From IMG/VR virus record IMGVR_UViG_3300022752_000013: a stretch of 64,000 nt of DNA. The stretch is one strand, 5' to 3'. The notes below the pieces were generated by a model. The model did no database searches and was not told the DNA's origin. It worked only from the letters and a program-made list of their open reading frames with translations. Numbering within the stretch: position 1 is the first letter of the stretch; every line of letters begins with the position of its first letter. The position numbers and the translations under genes are program-made. Below are positions 37,294-46,798 of the stretch, piece by piece. Origin of the DNA: a virus (Duplodnaviria; Caudoviricetes).

Positions 37294-37841
37294 TTGCATG
37301 TTTGATTGCACCTGCTGTGGCTCTAGCCCAACAATGTGTGCTACAAACTCGTACAGTCACGCAAGGTCAAATTCAAGTGGAAGAACGTAGCCAAGTGTCG
37401 GCACAGATAGTGCCTGTTCCGGGCGGAGATCAACGATGCATGATCTCCATGCGCGGACGTGTGGGTGCCACATGGTATACTGGATTTGGTGAATTTGTAT
37501 TTTCTAGAACAGGCAGTCCTGAACAGGCATGTGTGAGTGCTCGATCACGAGCCGAAGCCAGCATTGTGTCACAAGCAGGATCACGACTGGTGTCTACAGA
37601 TAGTACTTTAGTTTGCAAAGAAGATCCCACACTAGATGCATTGCGTCGAACGGATATCGGTACTGTGGCCAAACTGGCACAATATCGTCCCCATCCGGAT
37701 TACCCAAATGACTTTAGACACAATGGTACTCGGTGCCGTTGGTTTTTGGATCCTGCGTGGACCGGGCGTGAATTGCGCACAGGACAAGGAGTAATTTGCC
37801 AATTACAAGATGACAACTATGTTGTGGTTGACAAATTTTAA
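37248..37841 (+). CDS. Putative secreted protein
   Basis: Signal-like LLIACLIAPAVALAQ; several Cys. Confidence 0.65.
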   Translation: MGNKSIVNGTSRQLLIACLIAPAVALAQQCVLQTRTVTQGQIQVEERSQVSAQIVPVPGGDQRCMISMRGRVGATWYTGFGEFVFSRTGSPEQACVSARSRAEASIVSQAGSRLVSTDSTLVCKEDPTLDALRRTDIGTVAKLAQYRPHPDYPNDFRHNGTRCRWFLDPAWTGRELRTGQGVICQLQDDNYVVVDKF

Positions 37842-37856
37842 GATATCGGTTATACT
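37828..37856 (+). promoter_or_regulatory. Sigma70-type early promoter
   Basis: TTGACA-N17-TATACT. Confidence 0.85.
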
Positions 37857-37886
37857 ACGTACACATTAATCACCAAAGAGGTAGAT

Positions 37887-38642
37887 ATGAAACTTTCAGT
37901 AATAGCACTAGCACTTGTTGCCAGTATCGGAGCCGCCCAGGCTCAAACACAACCGCATCCTTATGCGATGAATCAAGCACCTGTGTCAGCACCGCCTGCC
38001 GCACCCGCCTGGTTCACAAGACTGCCCGAGGATACTGCGGACATGATCTTTTCAGCCGCAGTGGGTTCCAGCGTAGATGAGCAGATGGCCTATGACAAGG
38101 CTCGTATGCAAGCCGAACGCAAACTGGTTGAACTCATGAGTTCTAGAGTTCGTTCAAACGTAAAAAGTTATCGCAATGATCGTGGTGACAACATGCAAGA
38201 AAGCACAGAGATCACTATCAACAAAACAGCCGATGGCGAGTTGATTGGGGCACAACGTGTGGACAGTCAAGCCACGTTTGACGGTCGGGTGTATCGTGTG
38301 TATGTGTTGCTACGCTACCCGCTGGCACAGAACAACACCTTGCGTAAAGAACGTGAGGGTGCTCAAAGCAAACGTGAAGCAGACTTGAGAGCCGCACGGG
38401 CACAACAAGATCTCGAGCGTGAAACTCAACGTCAGCGTACAGACGCGGAAGCCGCAGATCGCAGACTCAAAGAAGAAATCGGCCCACGCCCTGATGCTCC
38501 AGCACCAGCATCTGCACAGACAGTGAACACCACTGAAGGACCGGTAAAGTTACTGGATGTGGACAATGTTGAGTACAAGCAAAAACGCACCGAAGCACTG
38601 GCCAAACCTGGTGCTGTTATCGGTCAAACAGTCGTCCGATAA
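37887..38642 (+). CDS. Secreted LPP20-like protein
   Basis: Sec signal; AVGSSVDEQMAYDKARMQAERKL pattern. Confidence 0.6.
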   Translation: MKLSVIALALVASIGAAQAQTQPHPYAMNQAPVSAPPAAPAWFTRLPEDTADMIFSAAVGSSVDEQMAYDKARMQAERKLVELMSSRVRSNVKSYRNDRGDNMQESTEITINKTADGELIGAQRVDSQATFDGRVYRVYVLLRYPLAQNNTLRKEREGAQSKREADLRAARAQQDLERETQRQRTDAEAADRRLKEEIGPRPDAPAPASAQTVNTTEGPVKLLDVDNVEYKQKRTEALAKPGAVIGQTVVR

Positions 38643-38690
38643 ACGGCGTATAAATAGAAGCGGTGCCAACAACACCGCTTCTTCCTCTTT

Positions 38691-39275
38691 ATGATTATGG
38701 CCACACAAGAAACTATTCAAACGGAACAAAATCACTCACAGTCCCTGGCCGATAATGGCATGTATGTTTTCATGGGTGATGTGGATGACGAAAACATCAA
38801 GCCAGTGGTGGAATGGGTGTTGTACGAAAACTATGTGACCAAGAAAAAGAAAAAGGAACTACTACTGATGATCTGCTCCGGCGGAGGAGACATGGGTGCG
38901 GCCTTTGCCCTAATTGACGTCATGATGAGTTCGCAGATTCCAATTAAAACTGTGGGCCTAGGAACCATTGCATCAGCAGGACTCTTGATCTTTATATCCG
39001 GCACTCACGGACGCCGAATACTCACACCCAACACCAGTATCCTGAGCCATCAGTTCTCCTGGTACAACGAAGGCAAGGTACATGAGTTGTTTGCCACCAT
39101 GAAAGAGTTTGAACTCACACAGGCTCGAATGTTGGCACACTATGAATTGTGTACAGGTCTGGGGCGAGAAGAGATACGCACGAACCTGTTGCCGGCACAG
39201 GATGTATGGCTTTCAGCATCGGAAGCACTGGCCTTGGGCGTGTGCGATGATATCAGCGTTTTAAATAGATCTTAA
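38691..39275 (+). CDS. Divergent ClpP-family protease
   Basis: ICSGGGD, GTIASAG (catalytic Ser), SHQF (His) and DVWLSASEALALG. TATAAATA upstream. Confidence 0.8.
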   Translation: MIMATQETIQTEQNHSQSLADNGMYVFMGDVDDENIKPVVEWVLYENYVTKKKKKELLLMICSGGGDMGAAFALIDVMMSSQIPIKTVGLGTIASAGLLIFISGTHGRRILTPNTSILSHQFSWYNEGKVHELFATMKEFELTQARMLAHYELCTGLGREEIRTNLLPAQDVWLSASEALALGVCDDISVLNRS

Positions 39276-39448
39276 CCGCCACGTGCGCTACGGCGGGTGA
39301 CATTAGCACCACCAAAGCCTTTGGAGTTTGGTTTAGGACCTTGCTTTTTAGGTGCCTTGCCCAAACCAGGATGCAGTTCCTGGTTTTTCTTTTTGGCATC
39401 ATTGGCCATGTTAATAAATGGATTGGAACTTTTCTTTGGTTCTGTCAT
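39272..39448 (-). CDS. Small basic protein (58 aa, not in ORF track)
   Basis: MTEPKKSSNPFINMAN...RRSARGG; AAGGAG RBS. Confidence 0.6.
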   Translation of the reverse strand: MTEPKKSSNPFINMANDAKKKNQELHPGLGKAPKKQGPKPNSKGFGGANVTRRSARGG

Positions 39449-39460
39449 GATAACTCCTTA

Positions 39461-40585
39461 CTAGTCGTTAGTTTTTAATCCAGCATTTTTTAATATACTA
39501 GATAATTCTGTAGATTCGGCCATGCCACCTTTACGTTGTACTGGTACTTTTTCTTTCGATTTCAAATCAGGAGTCAGATCAACCTCGGGTCGGGTTGGTG
39601 CCGGTAATGCAGGAGTATCTTTTGCATACTGAACTGGACCCATGTCCTTGACTGTGGGGGCAGGCGCTTGATCTCCCCCACCAGCAACTCCTTTTGCCAA
39701 TCCGGCAAATCGCGATACGTTTGCCAGGTCCGTTGAAGAGTTGTCATCTGGGTCAATGTTAGCCTGCCACATTTTATACATTTTCTCGCGTACCTGGTCC
39801 GGGCTTAGAGCATTTGATAATTTGCTTGGATCGATATATTTCTCGCTATCTATCTTTACAGGTTTACCACCGCTAGTGGCTGTGAATTTCGTATATTTGT
39901 GAAAACGACTACCCGAACTCGAGCCATCACTTCTTATTATACTTTTAAGTTCTTCAACTGGGTCAGTTTCACGATTATCTCTAACATAGGTGTCCCCAAT
40001 ATTTCCATCAAAGTCGGTTTTGTAAATTATAATTTTGTTTTCTTCTGGCGTATTACTAGCATAATAATCATAAGGTTCACTGTCGTCTGGTTCCTTTAGT
40101 TTATTTTGATAACGCCAGTCACTTGGGTCATCGGCTCTTGACCTGAATGATGATTTTACTTTTGCAGGATTGATAGCGACACTTTGAAGATGTTTGATCA
40201 GTTGAGCAGCCGCCAGTTCGGGATTTTGTCGATACAAATCTAGTAAATCAAACATTTGATCTGTAGCAGATATATCATATTCATCATCAGCATCGGGATC
40301 GGCCTCTATATAATCAAAACCCAAATCGTGAGCCATGTCTTCCTGGGCATCAAACAGATCATCGTCATCCTCTGCGTCCCATTGATTGAGATGATCTTGA
40401 ATGCCTTTTAACAATGCAATTCCGGCCGGGATAGGCATAGTGGCAACACCTGCTGGTGTTGACAGCAGTTTAACTACAGGTGCAGGCACAGCCGCTGAAG
40501 CCGCAAAACTTGCCAGACCTTTAAGGAATCCACGACGATTTAGTTGTTCTTGTGCTTCGTTGACGTATTGTTTAAAAGTTTTCAT
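39461..40585 (-). CDS. Putative head-packaged internal protein with twin-arginine motif
   Basis: N-terminus MKTFKQYVNE resembles the T4 internal-protein capsid-targeting sequence, followed by NRRGFLK. Confidence 0.55.
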   Translation of the reverse strand: MKTFKQYVNEAQEQLNRRGFLKGLASFAASAAVPAPVVKLLSTPAGVATMPIPAGIALLKGIQDHLNQWDAEDDDDLFDAQEDMAHDLGFDYIEADPDADDEYDISATDQMFDLLDLYRQNPELAAAQLIKHLQSVAINPAKVKSSFRSRADDPSDWRYQNKLKEPDDSEPYDYYASNTPEENKIIIYKTDFDGNIGDTYVRDNRETDPVEELKSIIRSDGSSSGSRFHKYTKFTATSGGKPVKIDSEKYIDPSKLSNALSPDQVREKMYKMWQANIDPDDNSSTDLANVSRFAGLAKGVAGGGDQAPAPTVKDMGPVQYAKDTPALPAPTRPEVDLTPDLKSKEKVPVQRKGGMAESTELSSILKNAGLKTND

Positions 40586-40594
40586 GACGTTTCC

Positions 40595-42217
40595 TTAGCG
40601 TTTCCTTACATTTCGACCCAGCACATCCTTGGTCATCTTGACTGCTTGACTTTGTTTGGCGGCTTTGGCACCCGGTCCAGTCAAGCGTTTTTTGTCAGTT
40701 TCTGCGTCCAGGGTGTCAGTGCTGACTCCAGGTCCCATGTAGTCCACAAGTTCGCCTGCTCGGCTCGGACCGGGTGCATCTGTGGTAGCCGCCTTTTCGA
40801 CGTTGGGAATCGCTTGAGGTTTTTCATTGATTCCAAACACCAGTTTACCACCTGAACTAGCAGTCGAACTATAACTCTTTTGTGCTTCCAGCGTGACTTC
40901 ACTAAACAACGTGCCGGGCCATATGGTTCTAAAACCTTTGATAATAATTTGACCGTCTTTGCTCTTGGTAGCATCAGTGTACATTTGCACAAAGGCCGAA
41001 TGGTTGAGAATGTCAGACGCCGCGTCTGAAAAATCGGTCTTTAAATTGATTTCGTTGCAGACTTTGTATGCAATAGAAGCCACCAGATGATTGAGTGGAA
41101 CAACCTTGCTGGGGTTTTCAGCAGTGCGATCGTGGTACAATTGTTTGAGATTGTCTGACAGATCGGTTTTGTCAATATTAAATTTTGGATTGCCTGCTGA
41201 TTGTTTGAGACTCATCACTTGAGGTATTTCATCCTTAGTGATAATTCCAAACTGCACAGCCAAGTTTAACGGACCAGAGTTGTGATCACCTTTGTCGATG
41301 GTGTTGAGAATATCAACAACCTCAGGATAATTCTGTGCAAACTCAGGCATGCCCGCGGCTTCCAGTTCACGCAAGGCAACCAACAAGTTCACACTACTGG
41401 CCTTGGCACCAGTAGCACCCTTGCTTGAAAGTTTGATTTGTTTACCCTCGGGACTGACCAACAAAGAGTCGTATAAGCCACCACTCACATTGGCATTAAA
41501 ACTAACGGTACAACCTGCAAATCCGTTTCTACCCATGAACAGTGCCGCTGCCTCACCAGCATTGCCTTTAACTTGGCCGCCATTGATCAACACACAGGGC
41601 TGTAGCATTTCACAAAAGTAATCACGAAAGCCTGTGAAGTCTATGCCTGTTCCATCAACCGACACAGGAAAAGTGGGCGAATTCATTATGATTTCAGACG
41701 CTCGGTATTCAGAACTGTCCACAGTAAACTTTTCACCAATTTGTGCCAGGATACTAGCAGGGGTTTGTTTCTTGAGATCAGTCAGAACATCACTGGGCTT
41801 GTAACCGGCTTTTTCCTTGCTACCACGAGCATCCGCTTGTTTGAATCCTCCGGGTATGTCTTTGGTTTGGAAAAATTTGTTTGCATCAAAAACAGGTTTG
41901 ATTTCTGAAGTAAATTTGGCTAGGTAGCGTGTGCCCACAGCAGTGTCAAATGCGGCAATACCAAATGCTCGTGTGGCGGCGGTGGGTTGATTGACTTTTT
42001 CAATTGGGTGATCAAGTGATTGCTCTGCAGTTATCCAAGCGTCCATAAAATCATGAGCATCTTTATACTTGCCAACTTTAGGATAGAATGTTAATGATTT
42101 AAACACGATTTGATCGTCGGCACTGTCACCTCTTTTGTATACAGCACCGGATTCTCTACCGCTGAGTCCGCGGCTTTCTGCAATTGAGTCTAGTAGGTTG
42201 ATTAAATCTCGCATCAT
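40595..42217 (-). CDS. Putative head-packaged protein with PD-(D/E)XK-like motif
   Basis: MMRDLINLLDSIAE leader; GLYDSLLVSPEGKQIKLSSKG. Confidence 0.55.
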   Translation of the reverse strand: MMRDLINLLDSIAESRGLSGRESGAVYKRGDSADDQIVFKSLTFYPKVGKYKDAHDFMDAWITAEQSLDHPIEKVNQPTAATRAFGIAAFDTAVGTRYLAKFTSEIKPVFDANKFFQTKDIPGGFKQADARGSKEKAGYKPSDVLTDLKKQTPASILAQIGEKFTVDSSEYRASEIIMNSPTFPVSVDGTGIDFTGFRDYFCEMLQPCVLINGGQVKGNAGEAAALFMGRNGFAGCTVSFNANVSGGLYDSLLVSPEGKQIKLSSKGATGAKASSVNLLVALRELEAAGMPEFAQNYPEVVDILNTIDKGDHNSGPLNLAVQFGIITKDEIPQVMSLKQSAGNPKFNIDKTDLSDNLKQLYHDRTAENPSKVVPLNHLVASIAYKVCNEINLKTDFSDAASDILNHSAFVQMYTDATKSKDGQIIIKGFRTIWPGTLFSEVTLEAQKSYSSTASSGGKLVFGINEKPQAIPNVEKAATTDAPGPSRAGELVDYMGPGVSTDTLDAETDKKRLTGPGAKAAKQSQAVKMTKDVLGRNVRKR

Positions 42218-42218
42218 G

Positions 42219-42239
42219 TACTTATCTCCGCGATAAGTA
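42219..42239. promoter_or_regulatory. Back-to-back late-type promoters forming an inverted repeat
   Basis: TACTTATC-TCCGC-GATAAGTA between divergent ATGs at 42217 and 42247. Confidence 0.55.
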
Positions 42240-42246
42240 AACCACA

Positions 42247-43254
42247 ATGAATATCACAATACCCATAGAAGTCAGCGGAGATATATGGTACAACGAAGTT
42301 GAAGTGCAACAAAAATTAAAAGAGTTATCCAGCGACGTCGAAATTACACTAGATTTACGCAGTGAAGGTCCTAGTCTACATCGTTTAGGCGTTGTTGCTA
42401 TGGTTGATGCCTGGCTTGCTAGACACAATTTGCTACCAACTGCAATCACTGTTACTAAATGGAGTAATGCCGGCGAATCTATTGCTTATAAAAAATTCCA
42501 GTGTAGTGTGCCCAGTCATTTTTGGTACTTTGCACGAGAATATCAACTGCAGCCAGAACAAGATTTTGGTGGCATAAAATCACACTTGTTTGGATTGTTC
42601 TTGGGCCGAGCAACAGTGCACCGTAATGCAATTTTGTATCAGGTGCAACAACAATGGGACAATAGATTTTTGATCAGTAGATTAACAGCACTCACACCCG
42701 AAGGTACTCCAGTGCCTGAACCTTGGCACATACGCAATTTCAAAGGTTGGTGCTTGCCAGAAACTCTAGCAGATTGGGCACCAGACAATCAACAAGACGT
42801 CATTGATTGGTTTGCCACACAAAAATTCTCAAGCCTAGACGGTAGAACTATTCGAGATCAATATGGAGATCCAGACAACCACTTTGTACATAATCGCAGT
42901 ATGATAAGTCATTATCACCGATTCAATATAGAACTTGTGTGTGAAAGTTACACGCTGGGTCAAACATTTTTCCCTACGGAAAAAACAGCAAGGCCTATTG
43001 CAGGAACACGGCCTTGGATCATCTATGGAGCATCAGGTTACATTCAACGGTTGAAACACATGGGCTTTTGTAGTTTTGATTCTGTATGGGACGAATCTTA
43101 TGATCAACTGGAAGGACCTGCTAGATGGTTGGCCATGAAAATAGTGATTCAGTCGCTGATTGATCTGGATGCCACAAAACTAAATTCTGTGCTGGAACAA
43201 GCCCATGCAATTGCATTGCACAATAGATTACATCTAGAAACATTATACCCATGA
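42247..43254 (+). CDS. Putative glycosyltransferase-like protein (TEKT family)
   Basis: LVCES...FPTEKTARPI...GFCSF..VWDESYD. Confidence 0.6.
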   Translation: MNITIPIEVSGDIWYNEVEVQQKLKELSSDVEITLDLRSEGPSLHRLGVVAMVDAWLARHNLLPTAITVTKWSNAGESIAYKKFQCSVPSHFWYFAREYQLQPEQDFGGIKSHLFGLFLGRATVHRNAILYQVQQQWDNRFLISRLTALTPEGTPVPEPWHIRNFKGWCLPETLADWAPDNQQDVIDWFATQKFSSLDGRTIRDQYGDPDNHFVHNRSMISHYHRFNIELVCESYTLGQTFFPTEKTARPIAGTRPWIIYGASGYIQRLKHMGFCSFDSVWDESYDQLEGPARWLAMKIVIQSLIDLDATKLNSVLEQAHAIALHNRLHLETLYP

Positions 43255-44240
43255 TAATTACGACATTTGATCAAGGCTGGGGACGTGAATACCCGCTCAA
43301 ACAGTACGAGCAAGGTATTGTGAGTGATCTTGTGAAACCGTTTGTTAAGAGTGATCAACGTGTGGTCATAATCAACAGCGTGTGGTACACTGGGGAAATG
43401 CACGAACAAGTGATGTTGTGGTTGCGTGAGAATGAGTGGGATCAGATTGTGTTGATTGCCATGTTGGATGCTGCCATACCCTATCCTGACCGCTATGAGG
43501 AATTTGGTCGTCCGGTCACCGGTATAGGTTACTATCCGGGCGCAGGTCAAGTGGATTTTTGTGCATTATTTGTTGATCACTTTTTACAGGCCCCTGATAA
43601 CACTGTATTGTTGGAGGTCAACACAATTGACACTGCATACATGTGTTTGAATCGAAAACCTCACTGGCACAGACAAAAACTATACAGCAAACTACAGGCC
43701 ATGAATCTGGTCAATCAAGGCATTGTGAGCATGGGCGGCGACGGGCAGGCTGTAGTAGCATTGGCACAAGATCGAGATCACGACACCCTGGCACCCAATG
43801 CCACTAGCGATCATTATGGTATACCCAACGATATTGTGAGTTTGGGACACCCGGGTAATTGGCAACGACACCTGCTCAATGTGGTCACTGAAACCTTTTA
43901 CAACATAAATAGTTCAGGCTTTGTAAGTGAAAAAATCTACAAACCCATTGTGGGTTGCAGACCGTTTTTGGTATATGACCCAGATGGTGGCACACGTTGG
44001 TTGCGTGATCGAGGGTTTGAACCTTACACACAGGACTTTGAGGACATTTCGAATTTGGATCTGGCAGAACCACACAACCTACCCGGATTTCTAAAGGTTC
44101 TGTGTGAGCAAACACCTGCGTACTGGCAAAAGAAATTTGTTGACTTACAGGAAAAAATCCTATACAATCAGGCTCACTTTGCTGATTACGTCAAACAGCA
44201 ACAATCTATAGTCGAAAAAGGAATACCATGCCCCATTTAG
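43251..44240 (+). CDS. Putative glycosyltransferase-like protein (TEKT family)
   Basis: LNRKPHWHR; VVTET...[10 protein letters not shown]...PFL. Confidence 0.6.
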   Translation: MIITTFDQGWGREYPLKQYEQGIVSDLVKPFVKSDQRVVIINSVWYTGEMHEQVMLWLRENEWDQIVLIAMLDAAIPYPDRYEEFGRPVTGIGYYPGAGQVDFCALFVDHFLQAPDNTVLLEVNTIDTAYMCLNRKPHWHRQKLYSKLQAMNLVNQGIVSMGGDGQAVVALAQDRDHDTLAPNATSDHYGIPNDIVSLGHPGNWQRHLLNVVTETFYNINSSGFVSEKIYKPIVGCRPFLVYDPDGGTRWLRDRGFEPYTQDFEDISNLDLAEPHNLPGFLKVLCEQTPAYWQKKFVDLQEKILYNQAHFADYVKQQQSIVEKGIPCPI

Positions 44241-44824
44241 TGCCAATTGTGCTTGAACAAACTGCCAAAGGCGAGCGCAGTTACGATATCTACAGTCGTC
44301 TATTAAAAGACCGTGTGATCATGCTGGACACAGAAGTGAGCGAACACACAGCCAGTCTGCTGGTAGCACAAATGCTGTTTTTGGAAAGTGATAACCCTGA
44401 TAAAGATATTTCCTTGTATATTAATTCGCCAGGTGGAAGTGTAACAGCGGGCATGGCCATTTATGATACCATGCAGTTTATTCGCTGTGATGTACAAACT
44501 ATCGTAATGGGACAGGCCTGCTCCATGGGGTCGTTGTTGGCCACAGCAGGAGCCGCAGGCAAACGTATGATCCTGCCCAATGCCCGACACATGATTCACC
44601 AGCCATCAGGTGGTGCTTCAGGACAAGCCACAGACATCCAAATTCAAGCACGTGAAATTCAAAAGATGAAAGAGTATCTTACCAACATCTATGTCAAACA
44701 CAACACAGCAGGCAAAGACTACGATGTACTGAGTGCAGACATGGAACGTGATTTCTTCATGAGTGCCCAAGAAGCAGTGGACTATGGTTTAGCAGATCGA
44801 ATCATCAATCAACGTGACCAATAA
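44228..44824 (+). CDS. clpP: ATP-dependent Clp protease proteolytic subunit
   Basis: [29 protein letters not shown] and MERDFFMSA. Confidence 0.95.
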   Translation: MPHLVPIVLEQTAKGERSYDIYSRLLKDRVIMLDTEVSEHTASLLVAQMLFLESDNPDKDISLYINSPGGSVTAGMAIYDTMQFIRCDVQTIVMGQACSMGSLLATAGAAGKRMILPNARHMIHQPSGGASGQATDIQIQAREIQKMKEYLTNIYVKHNTAGKDYDVLSADMERDFFMSAQEAVDYGLADRIINQRDQ

Positions 44825-46094
44825 TTTAAAAAACAATTTTTGTCCCAGCCCGTGGTTCCATATGAGAATCAACAATGCCGGGCATTATGAATACTGTCGT
44901 TGGGCGGCAACAGATCAACGCTATTCTGCTGACAATATCTACAACATAACACCAGTTGAGTTTTTTCAACAACGCATGACCAGTGTTAGACAAGAGTTAG
45001 CAACAGGTAATTCACCTCCTGGTTGTGCAAAATGCACACAGATGGAACGTCACAACAAAATCAGCGGACGACAAAAACAACTGCTCAAAGCAGGTGTTAG
45101 ACTTGAACATTTTGAAAAGACTCTAGCATCATCGCCGTGGTTGACAGAATTTGCCCAAGGTGGCGAGACAACACAAATGCCCCAGGATTGGCAAATAGAT
45201 CTTGGCAACTATTGCAACGGTGCCTGTGTATTTTGTAGCCCACATTCAAGTTCGCGCCTGGCGTCGGAGTTTAAAAAGATCGGCATCATCAATGATCTAC
45301 CACCTGCAAACTGGACCGACGATCCTGTGCGGGTTCAACAGTTGGTTGATACCTTGATCTCAAGTTCACACATACAATACTTGCATTTCATTGGTGGTGA
45401 AACACTGATAACTCCCGCATTCAAAACCATACTTGAGGCTCTGATTCAAGCCGGCTTGAATCGCACGGCCACAATTGGGTTTACTACTAATCTAGGCGTA
45501 TGGCGCGATGATGTGGTTGAACTGTTGACCCAATTCCAGGGAGTGAATCTTGGCATGAGTGTGGAGAGTTTTAAGATTGTGAATGACTATGTGCGTTATC
45601 CTGTGTGTTTGCCCACTGTGTTTGAAAGTATGGAACGTTGGTTAGAAATAAGTCAGCAACAAGATTGGTTAGTGCAGTTTAGAACCACGCCCACAGCACT
45701 CACAGTTGGTCACATGCTAGGAGTATATGAATATGCCTGGCACCACAACATTGCTGTGGAAAGTTGTAATTTTTTAAACAAGCCTGAGTGTTTGCGCCCA
45801 TCAGTTCTGCCTCTGGAATACAGACAACGCATTGTGTCCGACCTTGAAGCCTGGATAGACCAGCATCCGGTTGGCAGCGATGTGGTAGTAAACATTCGTG
45901 ATCCAAATGTAGCCCAACAACAAATTGTACAGGATCTACAGAGTTATGTGAATTATCTCAAGGCCGAATCGGATGAAAGTTGGCGTCTGCCAGACCTAGT
46001 TGAGTATTTGAAAAGACTGGAAGCCAATCGTGGCAACTCAATTGTAACTTATTTGCCTGAATATGAAGAACTTTTTACAACTGCTGGATACTGA
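44814..46094 (+). CDS. Radical SAM protein (SPASM/twitch-type N-terminal Cys region)
   Basis: [14 protein letters not shown] and TTN. Confidence 0.85.
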   Translation: MTNNLKNNFCPSPWFHMRINNAGHYEYCRWAATDQRYSADNIYNITPVEFFQQRMTSVRQELATGNSPPGCAKCTQMERHNKISGRQKQLLKAGVRLEHFEKTLASSPWLTEFAQGGETTQMPQDWQIDLGNYCNGACVFCSPHSSSRLASEFKKIGIINDLPPANWTDDPVRVQQLVDTLISSSHIQYLHFIGGETLITPAFKTILEALIQAGLNRTATIGFTTNLGVWRDDVVELLTQFQGVNLGMSVESFKIVNDYVRYPVCLPTVFESMERWLEISQQQDWLVQFRTTPTALTVGHMLGVYEYAWHHNIAVESCNFLNKPECLRPSVLPLEYRQRIVSDLEAWIDQHPVGSDVVVNIRDPNVAQQQIVQDLQSYVNYLKAESDESWRLPDLVEYLKRLEANRGNSIVTYLPEYEELFTTAGY

Positions 46095-46311
46095 ACTATT
46101 GCTGACCGTGGTTGATAATCACAGTCAATCAACTGTGAGTTTGCATGACCACTTGGAGTTTGATGCTGATCATGTGGTAACAATTGATGGCATTGATGTG
46201 TTGCCAAGATATTGGCATTTGGCTCAGAATGGAGTGTTAACCATTTCAGAACCGTTTTATTGCTGGTATCACCGAGTGTCAGGGCAAGGTTGGTTGCTGA
46301 CCCCACACTAG
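46063..46311 (+). CDS. Hypothetical protein
   Basis: 82 aa; PFYCWYHRVSGQGWLL. Confidence 0.65.
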   Translation: MKNFLQLLDTELLLTVVDNHSQSTVSLHDHLEFDADHVVTIDGIDVLPRYWHLAQNGVLTISEPFYCWYHRVSGQGWLLTPH

Positions 46312-46366
46312 GGGTGAACTTCCCAACCTTCATGTGCCCAACGACACAGCATCAATAGATCTGCAA

Positions 46367-46486
46367 TCATTTTGCGTACATGGCCTTGGCTTCGTTTATT
46401 TTACCTGCTCTGGCCAACACGCTGGCTGCACGGGCTTCGCCCATGGATTCAAGAAAATTCCAAACTGAGTTAAAAAATTGTTTCAT
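46367..46486 (-). CDS. Small hypothetical protein (39 aa, not in ORF track)
   Basis: MKQFFNSVWNFLESMGEARAASVLARAG; ATGA coupling. Confidence 0.55.
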   Translation of the reverse strand: MKQFFNSVWNFLESMGEARAASVLARAGKINEAKAMYAK

Positions 46487-46653
46487 GCAAAATTCCTATC
46501 TGATTGTTTGTCGTACTGACGTTGCCAGTATTCTACGTCTGCTTCGCTGGCAATGCATTTGGTGCTCAAATACTGTTCCAAGCGAGATTGGTAATTTTGC
46601 TTGGGGAACATCTCAGCAAGACGTTCTATTAATTGAATAAACATTTGTGACAT
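46483..46653 (-). CDS. DUF3563-like small protein (56 aa, not in ORF track)
   Basis: GAAGGAG RBS and GTAAATA; RLEQYLS...ADVEYWQRQYD. Confidence 0.6.
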   Translation of the reverse strand: MSQMFIQLIERLAEMFPKQNYQSRLEQYLSTKCIASEADVEYWQRQYDKQSDRNFA

Positions 46654-46711
46654 TTATTTTTCTCCTTCTCAGTATTTACCACGAGTCTCTCGTGGTTTAT
46701 ACTAATATAAT

Positions 46712-46739
46712 CAAGATTAGTACTCAAGTACTAATCTTG
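46712..46739. promoter_or_regulatory. Palindromic operator within a 12-bp perfect inverted repeat
   Basis: CAAGATTAGTAC-TCAA-GTACTAATCTTG. Confidence 0.7.
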
Positions 46740-46744
46740 GGAGT

Positions 46745-46773
46745 TTGACTTGAAATACCCAAAGTGCTATAAT
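46745..46773 (+). promoter_or_regulatory. Sigma70-type early promoter
   Basis: TTGACT-N17-TATAAT. Confidence 0.9.
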
Positions 46774-46798
46774 GTACACATGATTAACCTTTTGGAGC

